Shown here piece after piece: positions 10,361-20,029 of a DNA stretch of 64,000 nt. Under the pieces are notes generated by a model. That model did no database searches, was not told where the DNA came from, and saw nothing but the letters and a program-made list of their open reading frames with translations. Each line of letters begins with the position of its first letter. The first letter of the stretch is position 1. Made by a program: the position numbers and the translations under genes. This stretch comes from Draconibacterium orientale. Its GTDB lineage: Bacteria > Bacteroidota > Bacteroidia > Bacteroidales > JAADGE01. The stretch is taken from NCBI GenBank assembly GCA_020721645.1, contig DYMH01000001.1, forward strand, positions 17,537 through 81,536, in the 5' to 3' direction.

Positions 10361-10382
10361 AATTGTTCCACGTGGAACAATT
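10361..10382. repeat. Perfect 22-bp palindrome AATTGTTCCACGTGGAACAATT (copy 2 of the core)
   Basis: Read directly from the sequence. The 16-bp core starts 17 nt upstream of the ade ATG and lies about 54 nt downstream of the mnmG stop. Confidence 0.9.
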
Positions 10383-10435
10383 ACCGGACTTCTACATTAT
10401 CAGGCGTTTACCCGGCATTTTATTAAAATAGTTTT

Positions 10436-12310
10436 TCATCTGCCCATAAAAACCAAAAGGACGTTAATATCCGAGGGTGAAACTCCGGGAATACGCGATG
10501 CCTGACCAATGGTTTTTGGTCTATGTTTTACGAGTTTTTGTCGTGCTTCGGTAGATAATGATTCTAAATCATCGTAAATAAAATCGTCCGGAATCCTTAC
10601 ATAATCTAATCGCTGAAGTTTGTCGGCTATTACTTTTTCTCGATTTATATATCCATCGTATTTGATAAGTATTTCTGCTTGCTCAAATACAGAATTATTA
10701 GAATGTTCGAAAGTTTGGTACAATTGATTAAATTCGGCGATATAATCTTTAAGAAAAAAAATAGAAACTTCGGGTCGTAAAAGTAAAGTAGATATTTTTC
10801 GTTTTTGATTTAAAGGTGCAGAATTTATTGCTTCGAGCTGTGGATTGATACGTTCGGGTTCGATACTGAAATTTGAAATAAAATCGCGTGTGCGATTGAC
10901 GTATATTTCGCGTTCTTCGGCAATTCTCATTCTTTGTTCCGATGCCAAACCAATAGCGTGCGACAAAGGCGTGAGCCGAATATCCGCGTTATCTTGCCGT
11001 AATAATATTCGGAATTCGGCACGCGAAGTAAACATACGATACGGTTCATCGACTCCTTTATTTATTAAATCATCAATCAAAACTCCTATATACGCTTGGT
11101 CTCTACGGAGAATAAATTCCTCCCTTTCTTTTACTTTTAAAGCTGCATTGATTCCTGCCATCATGCCTTGTGCTGCGGCTTCTTCGTAGCCGGTTGTACC
11201 GTTTACCTGCCCGGCAAAATAGAGATTTTCAATTTTTTTGGATTCGAGTGTTAGATTCAATAAAGACGGGTCGAAATAGTCGTACTCAATGGCATATCCC
11301 GGTCTGAAAATTTTGGCATTTTTCAAGCCTTTCATTTTTCGCAATGCTTTGTATTGAATTTCTAAGGGCAGTGAGGACGAAAAACCATTAATGTAATATT
11401 CTTCGGTGTATTCACCTTCGGGTTCCAAAAAAAGTTGATGGGCATCGCGAGTTGAAAATGTAACAATTTTATCTTCTATACTTGGGCAATAACGAGGTCC
11501 GATACCTTTGATGATACCATTAAACAGAGGAGAAAATTCAAACCCTGTTCTCAAAATATCATGTGTTTCTTCATTGGTGTGCGTGATGAAGCAAGAGCGT
11601 TGCCTCATGGTATTTTTGATATTGGGAAGAAATGAAAAATAATGCGGATTTTCATCGCCTTTTTGTTCGATAAGTTGAGAGAAATCAATTGAACGTCCGT
11701 CGATACGTGCCGGGGTTCCTGTTTTCATTCTGCCGACCGGTATTTCGTATTCTTTTATTTGCTCAGAAATTCCATACGAAGAAGGCTCTGCAATTCTACC
11801 ACCTTTAAGTTTTACATCGCCGATATGCATTAATCCGTTGAGAAAAGTTCCGTTAGTTAATATTACGGTTTTTGACGAAAACGACAAGCCCATAGAAGTA
11901 TTTACTCCTACGACTTTATTTTTATCAAAAATTAAAGAAACAGCCGTATCTTGCCAAAAATCGAGATTTGATAATTTTTCTAATTGATGTCGCCATTCGT
12001 AGGTGAATTTCATACGGTCCGACTGAACTCTGGGGCTCCACATTGCGGGTCCTTTTGACAAATTTAACATACGAAATTGTATTGCCGTAATATCAGAAAC
12101 AATTCCTGTGTAACCTCCCAGAGCGTCAATTTCCCGTACGATTTGCCCTTTCGCAATCCCTCCGATTGCCGGATTGCAAGACATTTGTGCGATTTTGGTC
12201 ATATCCATCGTAATCAACAGTGTTTTAACTCCGAGGTTAGCAGCGGCAGCGGCAGCCTCGCTGCCTGCATGTCCTGCTCCGATTACGATGACATCATATT
12301 TTGTATTCAT
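10436..12310 (-). CDS. mnmG: tRNA uridine 5-carboxymethylaminomethyl modification enzyme MnmG (GidA)
   Basis: FAD-binding 'YDVIVIGAGHAGSEAA', 'MSCNPAIGGIAKGQIVREIDALGG' and 'GQVNGTTGYEEAAAQG'. Confidence 0.97.
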   Translation of the reverse strand: MNTKYDVIVIGAGHAGSEAAAAAANLGVKTLLITMDMTKIAQMSCNPAIGGIAKGQIVREIDALGGYTGIVSDITAIQFRMLNLSKGPAMWSPRVQSDRMKFTYEWRHQLEKLSNLDFWQDTAVSLIFDKNKVVGVNTSMGLSFSSKTVILTNGTFLNGLMHIGDVKLKGGRIAEPSSYGISEQIKEYEIPVGRMKTGTPARIDGRSIDFSQLIEQKGDENPHYFSFLPNIKNTMRQRSCFITHTNEETHDILRTGFEFSPLFNGIIKGIGPRYCPSIEDKIVTFSTRDAHQLFLEPEGEYTEEYYINGFSSSLPLEIQYKALRKMKGLKNAKIFRPGYAIEYDYFDPSLLNLTLESKKIENLYFAGQVNGTTGYEEAAAQGMMAGINAALKVKEREEFILRRDQAYIGVLIDDLINKGVDEPYRMFTSRAEFRILLRQDNADIRLTPLSHAIGLASEQRMRIAEEREIYVNRTRDFISNFSIEPERINPQLEAINSAPLNQKRKISTLLLRPEVSIFFLKDYIAEFNQLYQTFEHSNNSVFEQAEILIKYDGYINREKVIADKLQRLDYVRIPDDFIYDDLESLSTEARQKLVKHRPKTIGQASRIPGVSPSDINVLLVFMGR

Positions 12311-12415
12311 GATTTTTATAAAAGTTTTGTATCCTCAGCATCAATTTTTCGAGTGAATTTTTTATGCAAAAGAACGTTTTTTTTTTTTGATTTTTTAAAA
12401 TCGTAAGGTTATGTA

Positions 12416-12838
12416 TTAAATATTATCTAAGACATTGAGGTAAAAATCTTCTTTTTGGGTCATAAGTTTTTTGTCTTCGTTACTTTTATCATTATATCCA
12501 ATTAAATGAAGAGCTCCATGTATCATCACACGATGCAATTCTGTTGTGCTGTCAGTTTCAAAGCGTTTGGCATTATCGTTTATGGTATCAATACTTATAA
12601 AAATATCGCCCGAAATTTTATTATTTTCGGAATAATCGAACGTGATAACATCGGTAAAATAATTGTGATTGAGGTATTTTTTGTTTATTTCCAATAAATA
12701 GTTATCGGAACAAAAAACATAGTTTATATCCGCTAATTTTCGATTTTCGGAAACTGCTAATTTATTTAATAGTTGTTTAAACTTAATACTATTTTTAAGT
12801 TTAAACGAAATGTCTTCTTGATTGAATGAAACAGCCAT
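12416..12838 (-). CDS. ybeY: rRNA maturation RNase YbeY
   Basis: 'HRVMIHGALHLIGYNDK' zinc-binding motif. The start overlaps the upstream stop by 1 nt (TAATG). Confidence 0.93.
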   Translation of the reverse strand: MAVSFNQEDISFKLKNSIKFKQLLNKLAVSENRKLADINYVFCSDNYLLEINKKYLNHNYFTDVITFDYSENNKISGDIFISIDTINDNAKRFETDSTTELHRVMIHGALHLIGYNDKSNEDKKLMTQKEDFYLNVLDNI

Positions 12839-15800
12839 TATTTTTCAATATTTTGTCGATAATTATCGTAAAGTGATTTATAAAAATGATTCAAATTTAG
12901 ATTTGATTTGTAGAGATTTTCATCGAATCCTGATTTTTTGTCGGATTTTTTGAAGTATTCTTTTGCCGAATTATATTTTTTATCTTTGGCTTCGTTTGAT
13001 TCTCTTTTATCATCGGTTTCTCTTTTATTTTGGGCATTTTCGGCTTCCAAAAGTCGGGTTGTAATTTTTTGTTGTCGTTGCAGGAGTTCGGGCGTGATAT
13101 TTCTGTTGATTAAATCTTTTTGGTTTTGTTCGTTGATTTGTTTTATTTCATTTAAAATTCGAGCTGCTTCGGGTGAAATTTCATTACTGTTTTGCATTTC
13201 CTGCATCATTTGCTGAAAAATTTCTTGTTGAGCCAACATTTGAGCCAATTTTTTGTTGGTGGCATTGGGGTTTGGTTTTCCGTTGCCGTCTTTCATTTGT
13301 TGTAACATGCTTTCAAGTTGTTTTTTAAGTGATTCTTGTTGTTGCTGCATTTCACCAAAAGACGGTTTTTTGCCTCGTTTATTGTCGGACTTCCCTCCTC
13401 CTCCTCCGCCTTCCTGATTTTGCATTTGTTGTATGATTTCCGAAAGCATCAAAGCCAAATTATTTGCTGAGGTCATGATAAGTTGTTGGTTGCTTTGTGC
13501 CATGCGTTTTTTCCCATCGCGTAGTAAATCAATTGACTTATTTAGGTTTTGATTGACGGCAGAAAGTTCTTTTTGAATCATGTAATTAATTGCAGGCAAG
13601 CGTTCGGCTAAGGCATTGAGAGAATCGCGAATGACAGTAAAATCGTCTTTAATAGCAATTTGTGTTTTAATATTTTTGTCAAATTCGGGCGAATTTTGTG
13701 CAAGTTGCGTTATTGTGGTCATAACTTTTTCCTGTGAAAACGAGAAGGTCAACAAATTTTTTGAGATTTGTTTGAGATTTTCGAGGTCTTCCGATTTTGA
13801 ATCTGATTGCATGGAGCTCATCATATTTTGCATATTTTCTGCCATTTTCTCCATTTTCTTAGAATTAGACTTTTGTGATTCTGATGATTTTTTGCTGTTG
13901 GATTTTTCGAGCATTTCATTGGTTTTTTTCAAATCCTGCAAAATTTCTTCTGTTTCATTTTTTAAATCATCTAATTTCATGGGCGATTTTAAATCATTAT
14001 TTTTATCAAGAATTTCATTCCAATCTTTTTTTATTCGCTCAAATTGCTCATTAATTAGATTTTGCTCATCTTTAATTTCTTGATTTTCGCTTTTTGAAAG
14101 TTCATTCTTTTTGGAAAGTTCTTCTTGTTTTTGGGCTAATTTATTCAAATTTTCGGTGGTGTTATCAATCGATTTTTCGACATCATATCGTTTTAATAGT
14201 TCCAGATTTCGTTCCAATTGCTTTGATAAATCATCGTAATTTATTTTCAAATCTTTCGATAGGTTTTCTTGTTGTTGCTGATTGAACTTTTCCTGTAATT
14301 GTTTTATTTGTTCCAAGAGTTTTTTCAAATCATCGTCCATGGTTTTATTCAACAAGTCTTCGATTTGTTTTTGCTTTTCGAGCAAATCTTTTTGTTGTTG
14401 ATTGAAATTGTTTTGAAGTTCGTTTTTCATTTGATTTTCCTTGGCAGTTTCTTTTAATAATTCTTGTAAAAGTTGCTGTTTTTCGGAAATATTTTTGAGC
14501 ATTTGGGTTTTTTCCCATTCTGAGGTATTTCCGTCCAAATTCTTTTGGTTCAGATTATTAATGTCATTTTTTAATTCGTTTGCCAATTTGATACTTTGAT
14601 TAATTTTTGACTGAATATTTTTTTGCGATTCGTTGTCAAGATTTTTTATTTGCTCATAATCGGGTGTTTTGAACGAATTGATAGGGGTTTTTGTTGCTTT
14701 ACTTCCGTTTACCGCATCATTGTCGAATATCTCGAAGTAATATTCTATGTAATTATCCGGATTTTTATCAATATCAGAAAATTTAAAAGTGAAATAAAAT
14801 TCTTGTTTCATTCTGTCGAAATCCAAAACAATCGGTAATTTTTCGAATTTTATATTTTCATCGGGATTCTGTTTTGAAACGATGCGGTAATTGAAAAATA
14901 AATTCTTAAAGCCATAATCATCGTTCACTAAACCGTTGAAATAGGAAACAAAGAAATTTGCCGAATCTTTCAATTCATTGACATTGATTTCGGGAAATAA
15001 ATCCGGAATAATTGTTATGGTATAACTGACAAAATCGGGTTTTTTGAAAAATTTATTTTCCGGAAAAACAGAGTAAGGCAAAGAAGATTTAAGTGTTTTA
15101 ATTAAATGAAATGTGTTCTCTAATTTTACCGGAAACAAAAAACCCGAGGGAGTTTTTATTACTAAATTATCGGCATCTGAAGTGTGAAAATTCCAAGTAA
15201 TTTTTGTGCCTTCCGGAACAGTTAAATCGCCGGTATTTGAAACTTCACTGTTTTTTTGTTTTGTATATTTCGGAACCTCGGCGTGTATTGAAAAATTGAG
15301 AATAACCGGTGTTGGTTGAATGTTCAGAAGAAAAAATGCGGAACGATAATTTTCTGCCTGAAATTGAAAATCGATACTTTTTAAAATATTTTTAACAATG
15401 TACGTAAATTCGGATTTAGTCTTTGGCTTTCGATTCATTAAAAACGATTTACCTTGATATTCTAAAAAGACTTGGTCGGGAATATAATCGCCTTTAATTT
15501 TGACTATTATTTCGAAATCGTTGTCTTTTTTACAATTAAGCGTATCATTGAGCGAAATGAAAATGAAAGGTGCCGGTTTTGCATAAAAAGTTGAATAATT
15601 TACAATTCGGGCGGTACTTTCCGGAAAAATACCGGGATAAAAAATGAGTATAAGCACGAAAATAAAAACTCCGGGCAAAGTATATTTAAAATATTTTTTG
15701 TTTGTTTTCAGGTCAATTGCCTGAGAAAAATTAAGTGTTTTCAGATTGTTAATTTTTTGTTCCACAGCAGCCTGTATTAATTCCTGAGAAGAGGAATCGG

Positions 15801-16179
15801 CTTGTGTCATAGATTTTAATTCGAGAATATTGATGAGTTTGTCCTGAATATCCGAAAAATGTTTAGAAATTATTTGAGCTGCCTTGCGATGTGTTAAAAT
15901 TTTGCCGAATTGAAATATTTTAAGTATCGGTATCAGAATTAAAAAAATAAAAACAGCCAAAAATAGTGTTACAAAAGAATAAAAAATGAATGCCCGAACA
16001 TTTTGTGAAAAATGTCCGAAATATTCCGAAAAAACTGCAATTAAAAGGGCAGTTAAAAGGATTGCAAGTGCGATGATAAATCCTCGAATAAGAATATCAG
16101 TATAATATTTTTTTATAAATATATTTAATTTTTCAATTAATAATTGATATGAATTTTGAGGACGGGTTTGAGTTTTCAT
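12838..16179 (-). CDS. Large membrane-anchored coiled-coil protein, DUF4175-like (1113 aa)
   Basis: N-terminal TM helices, a beta-rich middle, then about 500 aa of K/E/Q/N-rich heptad-like low complexity including GGGGGG. Its size and its position next to ybeY fit the DUF4175 proteins I recall in Bacteroidota. Confidence 0.8.
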   Translation of the reverse strand: MKTQTRPQNSYQLLIEKLNIFIKKYYTDILIRGFIIALAILLTALLIAVFSEYFGHFSQNVRAFIFYSFVTLFLAVFIFLILIPILKIFQFGKILTHRKAAQIISKHFSDIQDKLINILELKSMTQADSSSQELIQAAVEQKINNLKTLNFSQAIDLKTNKKYFKYTLPGVFIFVLILIFYPGIFPESTARIVNYSTFYAKPAPFIFISLNDTLNCKKDNDFEIIVKIKGDYIPDQVFLEYQGKSFLMNRKPKTKSEFTYIVKNILKSIDFQFQAENYRSAFFLLNIQPTPVILNFSIHAEVPKYTKQKNSEVSNTGDLTVPEGTKITWNFHTSDADNLVIKTPSGFLFPVKLENTFHLIKTLKSSLPYSVFPENKFFKKPDFVSYTITIIPDLFPEINVNELKDSANFFVSYFNGLVNDDYGFKNLFFNYRIVSKQNPDENIKFEKLPIVLDFDRMKQEFYFTFKFSDIDKNPDNYIEYYFEIFDNDAVNGSKATKTPINSFKTPDYEQIKNLDNESQKNIQSKINQSIKLANELKNDINNLNQKNLDGNTSEWEKTQMLKNISEKQQLLQELLKETAKENQMKNELQNNFNQQQKDLLEKQKQIEDLLNKTMDDDLKKLLEQIKQLQEKFNQQQQENLSKDLKINYDDLSKQLERNLELLKRYDVEKSIDNTTENLNKLAQKQEELSKKNELSKSENQEIKDEQNLINEQFERIKKDWNEILDKNNDLKSPMKLDDLKNETEEILQDLKKTNEMLEKSNSKKSSESQKSNSKKMEKMAENMQNMMSSMQSDSKSEDLENLKQISKNLLTFSFSQEKVMTTITQLAQNSPEFDKNIKTQIAIKDDFTVIRDSLNALAERLPAINYMIQKELSAVNQNLNKSIDLLRDGKKRMAQSNQQLIMTSANNLALMLSEIIQQMQNQEGGGGGGKSDNKRGKKPSFGEMQQQQESLKKQLESMLQQMKDGNGKPNPNATNKKLAQMLAQQEIFQQMMQEMQNSNEISPEAARILNEIKQINEQNQKDLINRNITPELLQRQQKITTRLLEAENAQNKRETDDKRESNEAKDKKYNSAKEYFKKSDKKSGFDENLYKSNLNLNHFYKSLYDNYRQNIEK

Positions 16180-16183
16180 AAAT

Positions 16184-17446
16184 CTATTTTTTTAACCATT
16201 CTGTTGGATTTTGCTTTGCGTTTTGTTTCCAAATCTGAAAGTTGATGACAGATTTTTCGGGATTCCCTTTTTCAGAAAAAACCTTTCCGATAGTCTGGTT
16301 TTGTTTAACTTGTTGATTTTCCGTTACGCTTACAGAAACCAAATTAGAGTAAACCGAAAAATAGTTATCATGCCTAATAATAACCGCTTTATTCGCTCCC
16401 GGTATCTGAATGATTTTACTTATAGTTCCATCGTAAACGGCATGAACATTCAAATTTCCGGTTGCAGTAATATCTATTCCATCGTTTTTTACTGTAACAT
16501 TTTTCAAAACTGCATGTTGATGATTTCCGTAATATCCGCTTATTTCGCCTTCTATCGGATAAATTAATTTACCTTTATTTTTTTCAAAATTATTTAAAAT
16601 TTTTGTGTCCCATTTCTTTATATTATTCGTTAAATCAGGGTTATTTTTTGAGATTTTACCTTGCGATTTTTTATTCTCGGATTCATTCTTAGTTTGATTT
16701 TTGGATTTTTTATCCGATGTGTTTTTTTTTGCTTTTTGTTTTGCCTGTTCATCTGCAATTTCTTTGGCTACAGCACGTCGAAGTATGTCTGCATTTTTTT
16801 CTTCGCGTTGTATTTCCGATTGTAAGAGCGATTTTTGAGCATTCAGTTTTTTCAGTACTTTTTTTTGATTCGTTTTCGATTGAGCCAAACTTTTAAATTC
16901 TATTTTCTGTTCGGAATGCAAATTGATAAGCTCTGATTTCTGCTTACTCAAAAACGAATTGAGTACAGCTATACTATCCGACGATTTCTTATAATCAATC
17001 GACATTTGTTTTAAATAATCTGTTAAAAAAATCAGATATTTGAAGCGAGAGTAAGCTTGTTCAAAATTTTCGGAAGCAAAAATATAAGTTGATTTGTTTC
17101 GCGAATTACGCGTTTTGTAGGCAAAAAAAATTAAATTTTCATATTCATTTTTTATTTGTGTATTAATATTTTTTAATTTGTAAATTGATTTTTCGTTTGT
17201 TGCTATTTGTTTCTCGTACACCGAAATTTGTTCCGAGATTGATTTGAGATAATCTTTGCTTTGCTCAATTTCGCTGTTAATAATATTGAGTTTTTTAACC
17301 GATTTATCGGATTTTTTTTCAATTTTTTTTAAAAGCAAACGTATATTTGTTAAATTTTCTTGCTTTTTTTTCAATTCCGTAGTTAATTGCCCGAAACCGA
17401 ATAAAACGCTGAAAATAAAGATGGAAACCAGTGAAATAAATTTCAT
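16184..17446 (-). CDS. EnvC-like murein hydrolase activator (coiled coil plus degenerate M23/LytM domain)
   Basis: Signal peptide, a long coiled coil and a C-terminal LytM fold 'GIDITA...VIIRHDNYFSVYSNL...SVINFQIWKQNAKQNPTEWL'. The canonical His ligands (HxxxD, HxH) are replaced. Confidence 0.85.
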   Translation of the reverse strand: MKFISLVSIFIFSVLFGFGQLTTELKKKQENLTNIRLLLKKIEKKSDKSVKKLNIINSEIEQSKDYLKSISEQISVYEKQIATNEKSIYKLKNINTQIKNEYENLIFFAYKTRNSRNKSTYIFASENFEQAYSRFKYLIFLTDYLKQMSIDYKKSSDSIAVLNSFLSKQKSELINLHSEQKIEFKSLAQSKTNQKKVLKKLNAQKSLLQSEIQREEKNADILRRAVAKEIADEQAKQKAKKNTSDKKSKNQTKNESENKKSQGKISKNNPDLTNNIKKWDTKILNNFEKNKGKLIYPIEGEISGYYGNHQHAVLKNVTVKNDGIDITATGNLNVHAVYDGTISKIIQIPGANKAVIIRHDNYFSVYSNLVSVSVTENQQVKQNQTIGKVFSEKGNPEKSVINFQIWKQNAKQNPTEWLKK

Positions 17447-17447
17447 T

Positions 17448-18257
17448 TTACTTTTGTTTAAATAGTATTGGTTGATATTTTGCCGAAATTTTAAAAGGTG
17501 TTTTCAAGGCTCCGTTCAAAACAATATCCGTAAAATTTATTTTAATTTTAAACTCATTTGTACTTTCGGGTAATGTCAAATCGAGAGTATGCGGAAAATA
17601 ATATTTACCGACTTTATTAAAATCAGAATAAAAAATATTAGTCCCCTTCCCTCCTACATATCGTAATTCTTCCTTTACAATTTTAATAAACTGCTTCGAT
17701 ACCCAAAGAATTTGTTTTAAAGAATCTTTTTGGCTAAACATTTTGATGTAGGATAATGAATCGCTTTCTTGTATGTTTGGAGATGTTATATTGTCATTTA
17801 ATTGAAATTCATCGTCAACAACAGGAACGTTTATTAAAATGGCTTGAATGTCGTTAAAAGTTAATTGAATTTGATATTGTTTATTGATTAAGTCATAATC
17901 GCCGGCAAAATATTCGGAACTTAAGCGATTAACGTATTTCAAACTGTCATCGGTTAATTGCATTCTGAATGCTTCGATTCCCAGACCCGGTGATAATGAT
18001 ATCCAAATCAAAGAATCTTTTTTTATTTGCAAACTGCCCGAAAAATTCATACTCTCATTTTTTGAAGAATATTCGGCATCAAACTTTATTTTCAATGTTT
18101 TAAAATCAAAATAATTTCTTTTAAAACTATCGATAAACGCTATGTCAGAACTTGGTTGAACGATTTGTTCTTTACCTTTTTCGGTGTGCCGAAACAACGC
18201 ACAGGAATATGTTAAGAGGAATAGGGAAATAAAAATATAAAAAGTAATTGTTTTCAT
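17448..18257 (-). CDS. Lipoprotein, DUF4292 / LolB-like
   Basis: The Met at 18257 gives 'MKTITFYIFISLFLLTYSC', a signal plus lipobox. Its size and its position between the TPR protein and the EnvC-like gene fit DUF4292. Confidence 0.65.
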   Translation of the reverse strand: MKTITFYIFISLFLLTYSCALFRHTEKGKEQIVQPSSDIAFIDSFKRNYFDFKTLKIKFDAEYSSKNESMNFSGSLQIKKDSLIWISLSPGLGIEAFRMQLTDDSLKYVNRLSSEYFAGDYDLINKQYQIQLTFNDIQAILINVPVVDDEFQLNDNITSPNIQESDSLSYIKMFSQKDSLKQILWVSKQFIKIVKEELRYVGGKGTNIFYSDFNKVGKYYFPHTLDLTLPESTNEFKIKINFTDIVLNGALKTPFKISAKYQPILFKQK

Positions 18258-18312
18258 TAGAGATTTTTCCTTAAATTGATTACACAAAGATTCTGTCTTT
18301 CTCGTTTTTAAA

Positions 18313-20025
18313 TTATTCTTTGTAGTTAATTTTAATTTTTAGTTCTTCCGAAGGATTTCCACTTTTTACGGATTGTAACCATTTTTGTTCGGCATTTTTG
18401 TTGTTGCCGGATTTTTCGAGGATATTTCCATACCATTCTGAAATTTCATAATTATTGGGTTCTAAACTATATGCCTTATCTATATAATTGAGTGCTTCTT
18501 TAAAATTTTGGCGATTGAATGCTAATAAAGCCATGGCAAAATTGGCAATCGATGATTCAGGATTGCTCTTCAAAGCCAACTCTGCAAGTTTGAGAGCTTT
18601 GTGTTCGTTGATATTCCTGAAAGCCAAACTATATGCATACACTTCCGCAGTGCTTGGGTTTCCGGGTTCGAGTAAGAGAAGTTTTTCAAAATATTTGTCT
18701 GATTCTTCGTAAAATTTTTGGTAAAAATAGGATTGTGCGATATAAAACAAATATTGAGCTTGTAAATCAGTATCATCAGTAATATATTGATACCCTGTAA
18801 GTAAAATTTCGGTTGCTTCCGTGTAATTGCTTATTCGGTACGCAGCAATTCCATGGTAAAAATATAACAATGGTTGAAGGGGATAGTAATCAATATAGGT
18901 TTTTGAATCGGAAAACAAATTTTGATAATCTTTAATTGAAAACTCCAATTGCAGAAGTTTTATTAACAAGCCATAATCCGATTTATCAAAATCAATTGCA
19001 AATTGTAAATGTTGAATTGCTTCTCGAAATTCATCGTTTTGTAGCAAAAAATCAGAATATAAGATATGAACAATTTTATTGTTGCTGTAATTTTCGAGTA
19101 AAATATCAAATAATTTATCGGTTTGCTCAGGTGTAAAGTCTTCTCCGTTGTTTGACAGTAAAATTCTTACTTTCGTATCTAATTCAATGTCATCTGATAA
19201 AAAAACAAGTGTGATGTGCTCGAAAAAGCCTATTTTATCGTTCACTAATTTACAATACGATGCACACGAGAGATGAATGCTTCCGTCGTTGGGGTACATC
19301 TGTAATAAACTGTCGTTTAAATTTTTTGCATTATTATATTTTCCTGAAAGGATATTAAATTCTGACTTTAATTCATATAATTTAAGATTTTCGTGAGAAA
19401 CGGTAATCAATTTATTTAATATAGATTCGGCTTTATTAAATTGAAGTCGTTTCATGTATAAATTGTAGAGATTTAGGGCGTTTTCTTGATTGAAATCATA
19501 ATTATTGAGTAAAATTTCAAGATATTTAACTTGTTCATCAATATTTTCTTCTATATCAGCAATATGCAATAGTTCACTGAATATTTGCTCGGATTCATAT
19601 TTGTTATTTGCCAAAAAAAGATAAGATTTGGCGGCTTCCGAAAATCTGCTTTGTGCCAAGAATATATCGCTTAAATTCTTTCGATACCAAAAATTGTAGA
19701 GTTCAAATTCAACGGCTTTTTTTGCAAAAATCTCGGCTTGTTGTGTTTCATTCGATTTTTTTTTAATTTGGCTGAGAAGAAAATAACATATAGAACTATT
19801 TGATTTTATGGAAATTGACTTGTGTAATAAAATTTCGGCTTGTTCGGAATTATCAAACAATAATTGTTTTTGAGCATCGAAAAGCAAATTTTGAAATTCA
19901 ATTTCAGAATTAGCATTTGTTGTATTTTTATTCGATAACGTTTTTGTTTGTGCTTTACATGAAATTAAGATAAGGCATAAAAAAACAATCAGCACAAAAA
20001 CCGACAGATACTTATTTGTATTCAT
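18313..20025 (-). CDS. Tetratricopeptide-repeat lipoprotein
   Basis: The Met at 20025 gives the signal plus lipobox 'LILISC'. Repeated 34-aa TPR-like units (A..Y....A) run throughout. Confidence 0.85.
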   Translation of the reverse strand: MNTNKYLSVFVLIVFLCLILISCKAQTKTLSNKNTTNANSEIEFQNLLFDAQKQLLFDNSEQAEILLHKSISIKSNSSICYFLLSQIKKKSNETQQAEIFAKKAVEFELYNFWYRKNLSDIFLAQSRFSEAAKSYLFLANNKYESEQIFSELLHIADIEENIDEQVKYLEILLNNYDFNQENALNLYNLYMKRLQFNKAESILNKLITVSHENLKLYELKSEFNILSGKYNNAKNLNDSLLQMYPNDGSIHLSCASYCKLVNDKIGFFEHITLVFLSDDIELDTKVRILLSNNGEDFTPEQTDKLFDILLENYSNNKIVHILYSDFLLQNDEFREAIQHLQFAIDFDKSDYGLLIKLLQLEFSIKDYQNLFSDSKTYIDYYPLQPLLYFYHGIAAYRISNYTEATEILLTGYQYITDDTDLQAQYLFYIAQSYFYQKFYEESDKYFEKLLLLEPGNPSTAEVYAYSLAFRNINEHKALKLAELALKSNPESSIANFAMALLAFNRQNFKEALNYIDKAYSLEPNNYEISEWYGNILEKSGNNKNAEQKWLQSVKSGNPSEELKIKINYKE

Positions 20026-20029
20026 TTTA

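Noticed and set aside
12377-12388. T12 homopolymer between ybeY and mnmG
   Set aside because: It could be a slippage-prone tract. However, it lies in an AT-rich spacer with no reading frame to switch, and there is no evidence of length variation. Most likely it is just spacer or UP-like sequence.
13616-14083. 155-aa plus-strand ORF (plus several others at 12938-14838) antisense to the DUF4175-like gene
   Set aside because: These are artefacts of the K/E/Q-rich repetitive coding sequence, whose reverse complement lacks stops. The products are Phe/Ser/Leu-rich nonsense.
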